DNA of 64,000 bases from Promethearchaeota archaeon (GCA_016840085.1 JAEOTA010000056.1:35717-99716); one strand, 5' to 3'; shown: positions 10,569 to 21,432, numbered from the stretch's first letter. Made by a program: numbers and translations. The notes: generated by a model not told the origin, from the letters alone.

Positions 10569-11675
10569 CTGAAAAAATTGTGCGCATGTTGGGATTTAGA
10601 AGGACCTATTAGTATACTTGATTTTGCAGCAGAATTGGGAAAAGAATTAAGCAAAAAATCTCAATTAAATCTAAGAAACTATAATATGGGAGATTTTTTC
10701 AAAATGATTTCAAATTATGATGATTACATAATTGATATTCCAGGAGTTAAAGAAAAATTAAACATTCCTGATTATCAGCCTGGTGATACGCTTAGAATTA
10801 TGGCTCCTTTGTATGTTGCTAGTTATACTGATACGGAATTAATTAACCTTGCTAGAAGTAACCTTGGATTATTACCTGGATGTAAAGAATTGATGAAAAT
10901 TTTACATAAAGATTGGGATATCTATGTTATTTCTACAAGCTATACTCATTTTGCTCACACGGTAACAGCAGCTTTAGATATTCCAAAAGATCATGTGTAC
11001 TGCACAGATTTTAATATTAAAAAATTAACAGAAGGTTTGAACGATATAAAAAGCTCTGTAGATGTTTTAATTCGAGAAATATTTCAAAAATATCTTAATA
11101 ATAATAAGGACCTTAATACTGTTATTGAGGATTTGAATAATTTCTTTTGGAAAGGGGAAGAATCTGATTTTATTAAAGTGATGAATAAAATAAAAGTTAG
11201 AGGAGGAAAACGTAAGGAATTAGCAGTAGAAGAGATATCCAAAAAAATAGGTATTCCTATTTCAGAGATGATTGCTTTAGGCGATTCAATTACAGATATT
11301 GATATGCTTCAAAGATTAAAAAATGAAGATGGTATTGCTATCTCTTTTAATGGAAATAGATTTAGCTTAAAGAGAGCTAATGTCGCAGTAACCAGTCCAA
11401 ACAATCTAGGAACTTTACCCATTTTTCAATTTAAAAAAGATATATATAATTTTTTAGATAGTTGGGAATTAAAATATGAAACTTTTAAACATGATCCAAA
11501 AAAAATCTCAAATGAATTAATTTCAAATGAGTCCAAATACTACTTTATTAAATATAATTTTATACCAGATCTAAGAGATTTGACAAATAAATCAAAAGAA
11601 CAAATAGAAGAAATAACGTTAATTCAGGAAAGAATGAGGAAAAAAGTCCGTGGTTGGGGAGGTACTTTAGGATAG
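10569..11675 (+). CDS. HAD-superfamily hydrolase (archaeal EhaR-like)
   Basis: WDLEGP motif I, ISTSY motif II, LGDSITDIDML motif IV, SFNGN; start CTG 10569 or TTG 10578. Confidence 0.8.
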   Translation: MKKLCACWDLEGPISILDFAAELGKELSKKSQLNLRNYNMGDFFKMISNYDDYIIDIPGVKEKLNIPDYQPGDTLRIMAPLYVASYTDTELINLARSNLGLLPGCKELMKILHKDWDIYVISTSYTHFAHTVTAALDIPKDHVYCTDFNIKKLTEGLNDIKSSVDVLIREIFQKYLNNNKDLNTVIEDLNNFFWKGEESDFIKVMNKIKVRGGKRKELAVEEISKKIGIPISEMIALGDSITDIDMLQRLKNEDGIAISFNGNRFSLKRANVAVTSPNNLGTLPIFQFKKDIYNFLDSWELKYETFKHDPKKISNELISNESKYYFIKYNFIPDLRDLTNKSKEQIEEITLIQERMRKKVRGWGGTLG

Positions 11676-11911
11676 AATAATTAAAATTTACGAGATGGAA
11701 TCTATTTGCCATTTTATGTATTACAATTGAGAGCTTTTTTTTAACTATATTAAAATCTAGAACAAACTCCAACGTAGAGAAAAAATATATTTTTTAATTC
11801 CTATATTTTTATTTAAGAAATGATTAATTTAATCTTTCAAAATTTATATATTGACAAATAATCATTTTTCTTAAATTAATATCATAATCTAATAGATTAA
11901 TTGAGGTATGA

Positions 11912-14900
11912 TTGAAAATGTCAACCGCATTTGAAGATAAAAATAGATTAAATCGAATTATATCTGAAAATATCGATGATCCAATCTTTTTGTTAAATGA
12001 GAAATTTACTTGTGAATATACCAATTCTAAAATTTTAGGAGAAAATAAACTTTTTATTGATTTTATTCACCCAAATGAAACTAAGCATATAATAAAATTA
12101 TTAAAAATTGTTTTGAAAATTGGGAATGGGATTGGGGAAGCAAGGATGAAGCTCGAAGTTAATCAATATGATTGGTTTGAAATTAGAGGTAAACGAATTC
12201 AGCTTGATAATAAAACAAAAAAAATATTTCTCATTTGTAGGGATATTACAAATTATAAAAAAAAGGAGGAATATTATAAAGAAAGTCAGGAAAAGCTCAA
12301 TAAATTGGCGGATTCATTACCAGAAATTAGATATTGGAAATTTCTTCAATCGAAAGAAGGAATCAAAATAGTTCAAAAAACTCGGGAAATGTTAGAGCTT
12401 GTAATTGATAATATACCTCAATTAATTTATTGGAAAGATAAAAACTTGGTGTATTTAGGGTGTAATAAAAATTATGCTCAAATAAATGAGATTCAAGAAC
12501 CCTCTAATATTGTTGGCAAGACAGATAACGATTTAATCTGGTTAAAGAATAATTCATCGCACATCCAAGAGAGAGAGACACAAGTAATAAAAACTAATAA
12601 AGCAGATTATGATGTTACTGAATTATTAAGTACTCCTGATGGCAATCAGGCTTGGTTTGAAATCAATAGAATCCCTTTACACGATTTAGAAGGTAATGTT
12701 GTAGGAATCCTCGTTACTTATGAAAATATCACTGGTCGAAAAACTGCTGAGCAAAAATTAAAAGAATCTGAAGAAAAATATCGTGGAATACTTGAAAATA
12801 TAAAAGAAAGTTATTTTGAAGTTGATTTAAGAGGTAATATCACTTTTTTTAATGATTCATTATGTGACCTTATTGAATATTCACGAAATGAACTTTTGGG
12901 ATTGAATTATAAATATATTATGGATGAGGAAAATCGAAAAGAAATTTTTAGAGGATTTAATGAAGTTTATAAAACTGGTGAACCTTTAAGTCATTTTCAA
13001 TATCAATTTAAGATAAAATCTGGAAAAACTGTCATTTGTGAAACTTCAGTTTATTTGAATTATGATTCTAAAGGAAATAAAATTGGATTTAGAGGTATAA
13101 CAAGTGAAATTACGGAAAAATACATCTTAGAACAAAAGATTAAAGAGTCAGAAGAAAAATATCGAACAATTTTCAATGCAAGCCCAGATTATATTTTTAT
13201 AACTGATATCAATGGAAATATTTTAGAGATGAATCCTATAATGTTAAAAAGAATTGGCGTGACTTTAGAAGAAGTTCGTGGAAGAAATTTTTCTGAATTT
13301 TATACAGGTGATAAACTTGATGAATTACAAAAAGTTGGTGAAAAAATTAGGGAAGGAAAAATGGTCAAAGGAATTGAATTTAAATCTAAGTCTAAACTTG
13401 GAGAAATTATTGAATATGAAATTAATTCTGTCCCTTTAATGGAAGATGGAAATGTGACCAAAATATTGAATTTAGCACGAGATGTATCATTTCGAAAAGA
13501 AGCTGAAAAACGATTAAGAGAATCTGAAAAACAATATAGAAATATTATCGAAAATACTAAAGATACAATTGTTATTATAGGTTTAGATGGAAAATTTAAG
13601 TATATTTCCCCCCAACTTACTACGATGTTAGGTGGTCGCGAGGTTAATCTTCAAGCTGAATTGTTTTCAAATATTCATCCTGATGATATTAAAAATCTTG
13701 TAGATTTGTTTTCTAAAGCTGTAAGAGAAAAAAATGTCTTAACCGGAGAAGAAGTTGAATTTCGAGCATTACATCAAAATGGTCATTACATCTGGTTATC
13801 GAGTTCATCAAAAAATTATCAAGATGAAGATGGAAATATGATTGGTTTTATTACTTTAATACGCGATATAACTGATAAGAAAATTGCTGAACAGAAACTA
13901 AAAGAATCTGAAAAAAAGTATCGCCATTTATTCAAAAGTTCTCCTTACGGGATTATCTTAGTAAATAGAAAAGGACAAATTATAGATGCGAATCCCGCAA
14001 CTGAGATTTTATTTGGGAGAAATATGGAGGAATTAATAAATGAAAGCTTTTTAAATATAAGAATAAAACCCGAAAAGATTTTACCAGTATTTAAACAAAG
14101 GTATGAAGCAATTCTCAAGGGAAAAGTACCAACACCTTTAGAAATACAAATTACTAGATCTCAAGATAGAGGAAAAATATGGATAAACATTGATGATTCA
14201 TTAGTGGAAGTTGGAGGTGAAATGCTTTTTCAAGTCATAATACAGGATATAACTGAAAAAAAAATTGCTGAACAGAAATTAAAGAAATCTCAAGAAGAAT
14301 TGCAGATTTTAAATCGTGAGTTAGAACAGAAAGTCAAAGAAAGAACTAAAAATTTAATAGAATCTGAAAGACAATATCGTACAACGATAAATTCATTAGC
14401 AGATCCTCTTCATGTCGTAGATAAAGATTTAAGATTAATTTTAATCAATAAAGAACTTCATAACTGGCTTAAAGAACTCAATTTGAATTCAAACATATTT
14501 GGTAAACAGGTCTTTGAAGCGTTCCCATTTTTACCCCCTAAGGTTCATGAAGAATATATGCAAGTATTTGATACGGGAATACCTCTCATTACTAAAGAAA
14601 CCACAATACTGAACAATTTTGATGTCATTACTGAAACTCGAAAAATCCCGATCTTTCGTGAAGGAAAAGTTGAGCAAGTAATTACAATAATACGAAATAT
14701 CACTGAAAGTTTCAAATTAGAGCAAGAATTGCGTCAATCTGAGAGGAAATTAAGAGAGCAAAATATTGAGTTAATGAAAATGGATAAAATAAAAAATGAT
14801 TTTATAAGTATGGCGGCGCATGAGTTAAAGACTCCTTTAATTTCAATTTCGGGATACACTGATTATATACTTTTGAAACATAGAAATCATCTAAATCCAG

Positions 14901-15481
14901 AAATTACAGAAGATTTAAGAATTGTGCAACGAAATGTTAACAGATTGGAAATATTAATGGATCAATTACTTGATGTAATGAAGATTGACGAAGATAAATT
15001 AAAATTGCAGGTAGAACCTACTAATATATGTAAAATAATTAATAACTGCCTTAATGAATTAAGTTATTTGATTAATGAAAAGAATCTTGAGATAATTCTT
15101 AATATTGATCCTGAAATGATGTTGAATGTAGACCCAACTCGAATTATGACTGTTTTTTCTAACTTGATCTCAAATGCAATAAAATTTACACCTGACTATG
15201 GGTGGATTGAAATATCTACCAAAAAAGATAAAAATAAATATTTTTTTGAAATAAAAGATAACGGGATTGGATTAACAGAAAGCGAAATTGGGCGGTTATT
15301 CAAAAAATTTGAAAGGATTAAACAACCGATAATAAGTAAAAGTAGTATTATAAAAGATACTGGAACTGGTCTGGGTCTTTATATTACTAAAGGTATAGTT
15401 AATGCACATGGCGGAGAAATCTGGGCAACTTCTGAAGGTGAAAATAAAGGATCTACTTTTATCTTTGCATTACCATTTTAA
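11912..15481 (+). CDS. Cytoplasmic multi-PAS sensor histidine kinase
   Basis: Repeated PAS/PAC units (DIT..K.AEQKLKESEEKYR); H-box AAHELKTPL; N-box NLISNAIKFT; DNGIG; GTGLGL; no TM segment. Confidence 0.95.
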   Translation: MKMSTAFEDKNRLNRIISENIDDPIFLLNEKFTCEYTNSKILGENKLFIDFIHPNETKHIIKLLKIVLKIGNGIGEARMKLEVNQYDWFEIRGKRIQLDNKTKKIFLICRDITNYKKKEEYYKESQEKLNKLADSLPEIRYWKFLQSKEGIKIVQKTREMLELVIDNIPQLIYWKDKNLVYLGCNKNYAQINEIQEPSNIVGKTDNDLIWLKNNSSHIQERETQVIKTNKADYDVTELLSTPDGNQAWFEINRIPLHDLEGNVVGILVTYENITGRKTAEQKLKESEEKYRGILENIKESYFEVDLRGNITFFNDSLCDLIEYSRNELLGLNYKYIMDEENRKEIFRGFNEVYKTGEPLSHFQYQFKIKSGKTVICETSVYLNYDSKGNKIGFRGITSEITEKYILEQKIKESEEKYRTIFNASPDYIFITDINGNILEMNPIMLKRIGVTLEEVRGRNFSEFYTGDKLDELQKVGEKIREGKMVKGIEFKSKSKLGEIIEYEINSVPLMEDGNVTKILNLARDVSFRKEAEKRLRESEKQYRNIIENTKDTIVIIGLDGKFKYISPQLTTMLGGREVNLQAELFSNIHPDDIKNLVDLFSKAVREKNVLTGEEVEFRALHQNGHYIWLSSSSKNYQDEDGNMIGFITLIRDITDKKIAEQKLKESEKKYRHLFKSSPYGIILVNRKGQIIDANPATEILFGRNMEELINESFLNIRIKPEKILPVFKQRYEAILKGKVPTPLEIQITRSQDRGKIWINIDDSLVEVGGEMLFQVIIQDITEKKIAEQKLKKSQEELQILNRELEQKVKERTKNLIESERQYRTTINSLADPLHVVDKDLRLILINKELHNWLKELNLNSNIFGKQVFEAFPFLPPKVHEEYMQVFDTGIPLITKETTILNNFDVITETRKIPIFREGKVEQVITIIRNITESFKLEQELRQSERKLREQNIELMKMDKIKNDFISMAAHELKTPLISISGYTDYILLKHRNHLNPEITEDLRIVQRNVNRLEILMDQLLDVMKIDEDKLKLQVEPTNICKIINNCLNELSYLINEKNLEIILNIDPEMMLNVDPTRIMTVFSNLISNAIKFTPDYGWIEISTKKDKNKYFFEIKDNGIGLTESEIGRLFKKFERIKQPIISKSSIIKDTGTGLGLYITKGIVNAHGGEIWATSEGENKGSTFIFALPF

Positions 15482-15610
15482 TTTTATTTAATTAAGAGTT
15501 CAATTATTTTTTATTTAATAACAAACAGAAATTTATTTACCTGTTATATTATATTATTGATTTTTCATAAACTAGAGTATTGAAATGTCTTATTTGTTTA
15601 GAAATTCAAA

Positions 15611-17764
15611 ATGGCTACATTAATTATTACTGAAAAAAATAAAGCAGCAGAAGCTATAGCAAAAGCGTTAGGTACCGCTAAAGTAATAAAGAAAGCCAAA
15701 TCCTTAAATATATATATTATTCCTTCGAAAAATATATATGTTGTCCCACTTCGTGGACACATTCTTGAATATAAAAATACTGATAGCTATAAAAGTTGGA
15801 CAAAGACAAATCCAAGGGAAATAATTACAAACCCAAAAGCAATTAAGAAAATTCCTATAAGTTATGCTTACCCCTATATTAATGCTTTAAAGGAATATTC
15901 AAAAATTTCAGATCATTGTGTTATAGGGACGGATGCTGATATTGAAGGATGTAACATTGGATTATTTGATGCACTTCCGTTTGTAAGACAGGGAAATCCT
16001 CATATAAAACTATCACAAATGTGGCTTAGTTCTCTTCAAAAAACTGAAATAATAAATAAGTATAATAACCTTATAGCACCAAAATATAGTTGGGGTGAAT
16101 CAGGAGAAACAAGAGCTTATATAGATGCATTTATAGGGTTTTCAGCTACTCGTGAAGTTACTAACACTCTTCGCCCACTTTTAAATAAATTTAGAATTCA
16201 ATTTACTTCAATTGGTAGAGTTCAAACCAGCCTTCTATATTTAATTTATTTAAGAGAACAGGATATAGTTAATTTTATTCCTGAACCATATTTTTTAATT
16301 GATGCCATTTTATCTCATAATAAAGGAACTTTCATTGCTCATCATCAATTCAATCCTTTTAACAAGAATGAAAAATCCAAAGCAAATCAAATTTTTCAGA
16401 AGATTAAAGATGAGAAAAAAGGGAAAATTATTGATAATTCTAAAAAATCAAATAAAAGATTCCCTCCTCCTCCATTGAATACTTCAAAAGCTCTTGTACT
16501 TTTAACTAAAAATCTAAAGATTACCGCGAATACTGCATTGAGAACTATGAATACATTATATCTTAATAAAATAATTTCCTATCCCAGAACGGATAGCGAT
16601 GTATACAAATCAAGTTTTAATCATCTTGAAATTTTAAAAAAGATCTCTTCACATTCTCAATTTGGGAATTATACAACAAATTTATTAAAAAATAATCGAA
16701 TAAATCCAACAATAGGAAAGAAAGATGCAGGAGATCATCCTCCAATAACGCCTCTAGAAAGTTTAGAGATAAATAGTCCAAAATTAGAAAATGATTTGCA
16801 GAAAAAAGTTTATGCTCTGCTAACAAGGCATTATCTCGCTCTATTTGGGGAAGCTGCGATAGAATCAAAACAATTATTAAAAATCCTGATTAAAGAGGAG
16901 CTATTTCAAGCTCAACTTGTATACTTGATTTCTCCAGGATATCTTAAAATTGCTCCTTTTCTTAAACCTAAATATAACGAGATTATTCAAATTTTTGGAA
17001 ATGAAATTCCAATAAATGAAATCTTATTTCTAGATAAAGAAACCAAACCTCAACCAAGATATACCGATACTTCTCTACTTAAATTAATGGATAAAAATCA
17101 TTTAGGTACAAAATCAACAAGACCGATAATAATTAGATTATTACAAACTCGCAATTTGATAAAAAGAATCAAATATACATATTCCATAACCGATCTAGGT
17201 AAATTTTTAATTGAACATCTAATAAAGATATGGATGCCGTTTTTAGAGCCCAATTTTACTAAAAGAGTAGAAGAAAAACTGGAAGACATTAAAAATAAAA
17301 GAAGAAAAATGTACGATGTTGTAAATGATATAAGAACAGAATTTTTGGAATTATTTGACAAGTTTATAGCTAGTAAGAAAGAATTAATTTCTAACGCTAA
17401 TAATTATAAAATAAATTTTACTATACCTCTTACTACTTCAAATTGTCCTTACTGTAAAACAAGTCCAATGAAATTCATAAATTTAAAGAACAAAAGATTT
17501 TTAGTTTGCGCAGATGATAATTGCAAAAAATATTTATCATTACCAAAGAATGGAAAAATAGAGTTATTAGAATCAACGTGTTCTATTTGTAAATTCAATA
17601 TTTTTAAAATTTCTCTTAAAAAGAATAATAAATTTTACAATTATTATTTATGTCCTCAATGTTGGAATGAAGGCTTTAAAGATAATTCAGGTAAAGGTTT
17701 TTGTTCAAATTGTAAAGAATATAAAATATTTAAGGATGATTGCATAAAAAAAAATAAATCATAA
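15611..17764 (+). CDS. topA: DNA topoisomerase type IA with C-terminal zinc ribbons
   Basis: TOPRIM ITEK and GTDADIEG; SIGRVQT; catalytic ISYPRTDS; GDHPPITP; LGTKSTR; several C-terminal CxxC. Confidence 0.93.
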   Translation: MATLIITEKNKAAEAIAKALGTAKVIKKAKSLNIYIIPSKNIYVVPLRGHILEYKNTDSYKSWTKTNPREIITNPKAIKKIPISYAYPYINALKEYSKISDHCVIGTDADIEGCNIGLFDALPFVRQGNPHIKLSQMWLSSLQKTEIINKYNNLIAPKYSWGESGETRAYIDAFIGFSATREVTNTLRPLLNKFRIQFTSIGRVQTSLLYLIYLREQDIVNFIPEPYFLIDAILSHNKGTFIAHHQFNPFNKNEKSKANQIFQKIKDEKKGKIIDNSKKSNKRFPPPPLNTSKALVLLTKNLKITANTALRTMNTLYLNKIISYPRTDSDVYKSSFNHLEILKKISSHSQFGNYTTNLLKNNRINPTIGKKDAGDHPPITPLESLEINSPKLENDLQKKVYALLTRHYLALFGEAAIESKQLLKILIKEELFQAQLVYLISPGYLKIAPFLKPKYNEIIQIFGNEIPINEILFLDKETKPQPRYTDTSLLKLMDKNHLGTKSTRPIIIRLLQTRNLIKRIKYTYSITDLGKFLIEHLIKIWMPFLEPNFTKRVEEKLEDIKNKRRKMYDVVNDIRTEFLELFDKFIASKKELISNANNYKINFTIPLTTSNCPYCKTSPMKFINLKNKRFLVCADDNCKKYLSLPKNGKIELLESTCSICKFNIFKISLKKNNKFYNYYLCPQCWNEGFKDNSGKGFCSNCKEYKIFKDDCIKKNKS

Positions 17765-17812
17765 ACTTCTATTATTATCAAAATAAAAGATCTATATTTT
17801 TGGTTTTACAAA

Positions 17813-18313
17813 ATGAATAAATTTGGATTTATCTCTTTATTACTTACATTTGTTCTTTATTTTCTTCAGTTTATACCTATGGGGATTTCCTTCCAATTTG
17901 AAACTCCATTCATAATCACTCTGGTTAAAATTCCAATTCATATTTTTGCTTATGAAAATAATGAAATCTTTTTTTGGGGGATAATAGCAAATGGAAATTT
18001 CCAATTCTGGTTTAATATTAATATTTTAACTGGTATTTTTTTATTAATTCTCACACCACTTGCAGCAGTTTTAAATATTTTTGGCTTTTGTAAAGAAAAT
18101 AAAACTGGAAAAAAATTAATGAATGCGAATTTCGTCATATTATTGATTATTTTTTTATACATTATTATTGGGATTCCTATATACAGTGAAGAAATTTTTG
18201 GAATTCAATTTGGATATTTTGATATCTTTCTTTATCTCAATTATGGATTTTTTATTCTGTTAATTAATGTTATAATCGCTGGAATAGCTTACTTTACACA
18301 CCCAATTAAATAA
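17813..18313 (+). CDS. Four-TM membrane protein (paralogue of next gene)
   Basis: Four hydrophobic segments; F.FWG...NG loop motif shared with 18330..18806. Confidence 0.7.
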   Translation: MNKFGFISLLLTFVLYFLQFIPMGISFQFETPFIITLVKIPIHIFAYENNEIFFWGIIANGNFQFWFNINILTGIFLLILTPLAAVLNIFGFCKENKTGKKLMNANFVILLIIFLYIIIGIPIYSEEIFGIQFGYFDIFLYLNYGFFILLINVIIAGIAYFTHPIK

Positions 18314-18329
18314 GTGGAGGATCTTTTAA

Positions 18330-18806
18330 ATGGCATTAAAATCAGGTATTTTTGCTGGAATAATCGCATTTATAATTGCTTTCATAGCTGAGTTCCCTAT
18401 ATATCCCCCTGAAAATTGGGTAATCAACTTTAAATTATTTTCTTTACACAAAACTAATTTCTATTACTGGGGCTATACAACTAATGGTCACGGTGTATTC
18501 ACGCCCCTTTTAGGCTCTATTCCTGAATGTCTTATTTCTGTTTGTTTTTGGTCTTTTATCTTTATTATTGGATTGAATTCTATAATGGCCTCAACTTCTA
18601 AAGCAAATCTAAACAATTCTTTAAAATTATTTAAGTTAAATATTTTATTACTGATTTTAATATTAATTATATTTAGTTGGATAGCAGTAACATTAATTTT
18701 AGAAGATTTTAGCTCTTTTTTTGATATTATTGGATTAGGTTATTACTTAACTATTAGTGTTTTGATTCTTAATATAATTGCAGTAAAGAAAGTAAAAAAA
18801 TTATAA
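18330..18806 (+). CDS. Four-TM membrane protein (paralogue of previous gene)
   Basis: GGAGG upstream; four hydrophobic segments; FYYWG...NG. Confidence 0.7.
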   Translation: MALKSGIFAGIIAFIIAFIAEFPIYPPENWVINFKLFSLHKTNFYYWGYTTNGHGVFTPLLGSIPECLISVCFWSFIFIIGLNSIMASTSKANLNNSLKLFKLNILLLILILIIFSWIAVTLILEDFSSFFDIIGLGYYLTISVLILNIIAVKKVKKL

Positions 18807-18819
18807 CACGTTCTGCCTT

Positions 18820-19158
18820 CTAAAAGAAATTTCTCGTCTCGAATCTATATGCTGCTCGCGTTAAACCTACATAATTATCTGAGATTTTATAAAACATTTT
18901 ACCATTTACAATTTTCTTCTGTAAGTAATTATTTTTTAGAGTATGATTGAGAGCGCCGATCATAGTCCCTAGCGTGACTGCTCCTATAAACCCATGCTGT
19001 TTTTTAGTTACTCTTATTAATTCAAGCTCAGAATGCCACTGACCATCGAGTAAAGCTATTAGAATTTCGTTTTTAATTGGAGTTTTAATATCCTTAATTT
19101 TATTAAATAAAATTGAATAGCTAGGTTTATAGTATTTATTTTCCTCAATTCCTTCCAT
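18820..19158 (-). CDS. Winged-helix-like small protein
   Basis: EILIALLDG..HSELEL..., C-terminal beta-wing KKIVNGKMFYKIS. Confidence 0.6.
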   Translation of the reverse strand: MEGIEENKYYKPSYSILFNKIKDIKTPIKNEILIALLDGQWHSELELIRVTKKQHGFIGAVTLGTMIGALNHTLKNNYLQKKIVNGKMFYKISDNYVGLTRAAYRFETRNFF

Positions 19159-19270
19159 TATTTAAATTACCTTTAAAAAAGAGAGTTTATAATATTAAAT
19201 AATACTAAATTTTGTTATTTAACTAAATATATTATCACAGTATTATGAAAATTCAATTGGATAATATTCA

Positions 19271-20392
19271 TTATATCAAATCAGGTGTGATGCCCTCTTT
19301 AAAATATCTGGCTCGAGTTATCCAATTGTCTGAGAATTCTGGAATCATGGCCAGAATAGAACCACCAATCCAAACGGAAAATGTCCTTTCTTGAGGAGCA
19401 ATAATTCTGAGGGACTGATCTTTTTTCTTCCTCCTAGCCAACTCCAATTCTAATTCTTGATATATACGTGATTTTAGATTAGGGAACATTGAAGATCCTC
19501 CAGATAGAAATATGTTGTTTAATAATTCTGGACGAATATCTAAATCACAAGCTCCAATCACATCTATTATAGCAACGGGTAATGAGTCTTCCTCTAATTC
19601 TGAAGAAGGGTTAAATAAGAGCTCTGGTACAATAAATCTTTCTTTATTCAAAGAAATAGTGGAGCCATCGGGTAAGGAATATTCCTTTTCATACTGTTCA
19701 CTTCTTCTTAGGTCTTCTTTATAATCTAGCGATACAAAACAAGCCTTTTCCTTTAATACTCGAACTAGTTCTCGTCTTATAGATGAATCTACAGACCATC
19801 CAATTGATTCTAATGTTTGTTCCATATACCGAGTTAAGACTCTTCCTCCTATGTCCAAAATCTTTACTGCATGTTCTAATTTATAGCCTTCATAAATTGG
19901 AACAATTCTGGTATTACTATCACCAATTTCAATAATTAAGCCTGTTTGAAATCCTCCTGAATATAGAGTCAACATAGAATCAAGTACAGGATAAAAAGCC
20001 ATGCATTGATACTGCTCTAAGAAAAGTTCAAAAATTTTTTTTAAATCTTTATACGGAAATAAAGGGTGTACAGCAAATAATACATGCACCAAAGTGGGAT
20101 CTACTCTCAAATTATAAAAAATATAATCAATAATGTTTTCAAAACGTGCCCAATCTATAATCATCCCTCGTTCTATAGGATGAGAAATCTTATATAAACC
20201 AATTGATTGAATTTCATCACCAACATAGATTTCATTTTCTCGAGATTCATTTGTTACATAATCAATCCCTACACTTTGGTATTTGGGCTGCCCAACCATC
20301 GTTAAAAATACTTGGCTAGGTGAATCTTCTCCTGCAAATCCGATCTTTGAACTAAACTGACCTATATCTAAAACAACAGTAAGATTTCCCAT
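19271..20392 (-). CDS. Actin-family protein (divergent Asgard actin / Arp-like)
   Basis: VVLDIG..SKIGFAGED.P, YVGDE, PIERG, VPIYEG, YSLPDG, ERF.VPELLFNP, LSGGSSMF, SVWIGGSILA. Confidence 0.96.
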   Translation of the reverse strand: MGNLTVVLDIGQFSSKIGFAGEDSPSQVFLTMVGQPKYQSVGIDYVTNESRENEIYVGDEIQSIGLYKISHPIERGMIIDWARFENIIDYIFYNLRVDPTLVHVLFAVHPLFPYKDLKKIFELFLEQYQCMAFYPVLDSMLTLYSGGFQTGLIIEIGDSNTRIVPIYEGYKLEHAVKILDIGGRVLTRYMEQTLESIGWSVDSSIRRELVRVLKEKACFVSLDYKEDLRRSEQYEKEYSLPDGSTISLNKERFIVPELLFNPSSELEEDSLPVAIIDVIGACDLDIRPELLNNIFLSGGSSMFPNLKSRIYQELELELARRKKKDQSLRIIAPQERTFSVWIGGSILAMIPEFSDNWITRARYFKEGITPDLI

Positions 20393-20484
20393 AATTTATA
20401 TTAATTCAAATTTCTTTTTTGTTAAATAGCCTAAAGACCAATATTTAATATATTATTATACTAATTCAAAAATATTATTTACTT

Positions 20485-21231
20485 TTATACTAATAAAATT
20501 TTTAGTGGAGTATATGTAGTTTCCGGCATGAATGCTTCCCCATATTCGCTATTAATCTCATTCCCTCGTAAAATAGCAGTGTCTTTTGCCCAATCTAAAA
20601 CGCGTTCTAAAACTTCTTTTTGAGAAATATATACACGATTAAAAATTTCTTTTTTACGTTCCCAGGTCTCAGTAATATCTACAATTACAAATACAGATCC
20701 TTCAATATATTGAAATTTGCATGATGGGGATTCATAATAATAAACTCCATAAGGTTTCCATTCTCTTCCATGACCTCCGTAAGCTTTCCCGGTAGAACAA
20801 TGATAAATTGCTTCTCTTACTACAAATGATAAATTTCGATGCACTCTATGAAAATCTGTATAATGAGGTAATAAAATTACTTGAGGTTTGTAATCTCTTA
20901 TCAAATTCGTAATTTCTGCAATTTTTTCTCTTTCTCTCTCTAAATTTGAATAATTTAATTCTATAATTTCACATTTTAAAATTTCCTTTATAAAATCTAG
21001 TTCTTTTTCTCTCTGAGATGATATTGTTTCTTTATCCCGTTGTTTAGCATAACCACCTAATCCCCTAGTAGCTATAACAATAACAATTTCAGAACCAAGA
21101 TCTTGATATTTTAAAATTGTTCCACCACAAGAAATTAATTCATCATCAGGATGTCCTGCAAAGACAATTACTTTTTTTGGTATAATTACAGGAAGCTTAT
21201 CTTCACATATCAAAAATGAATTTTCTGGCAT
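20485..21231 (-). CDS. PIG-L / LmbE family deacetylase
   Basis: AGHPDDELISCGGT; later DFHRVH; terminal YGEAF. Confidence 0.9.
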   Translation of the reverse strand: MPENSFLICEDKLPVIIPKKVIVFAGHPDDELISCGGTILKYQDLGSEIVIVIATRGLGGYAKQRDKETISSQREKELDFIKEILKCEIIELNYSNLEREREKIAEITNLIRDYKPQVILLPHYTDFHRVHRNLSFVVREAIYHCSTGKAYGGHGREWKPYGVYYYESPSCKFQYIEGSVFVIVDITETWERKKEIFNRVYISQKEVLERVLDWAKDTAILRGNEINSEYGEAFMPETTYTPLKILLV

Positions 21232-21432
21232 TTAATATTAATTTTATCTTAAATATAAAAAACTTTGTTGAATTTCTATTTGAAGTTCATATTGAGAATT
21301 TAGGATCTACTTCTTAAATTTTAAAGCTACAATAATAAGTAATAAAAAGGAAGAGAAAAAGTATCTTAAGTTTCTATTCTACAATTTGATTCTCTCAATA
21401 GAATGTATAATTCTACCCAATTAAGGATTTAG

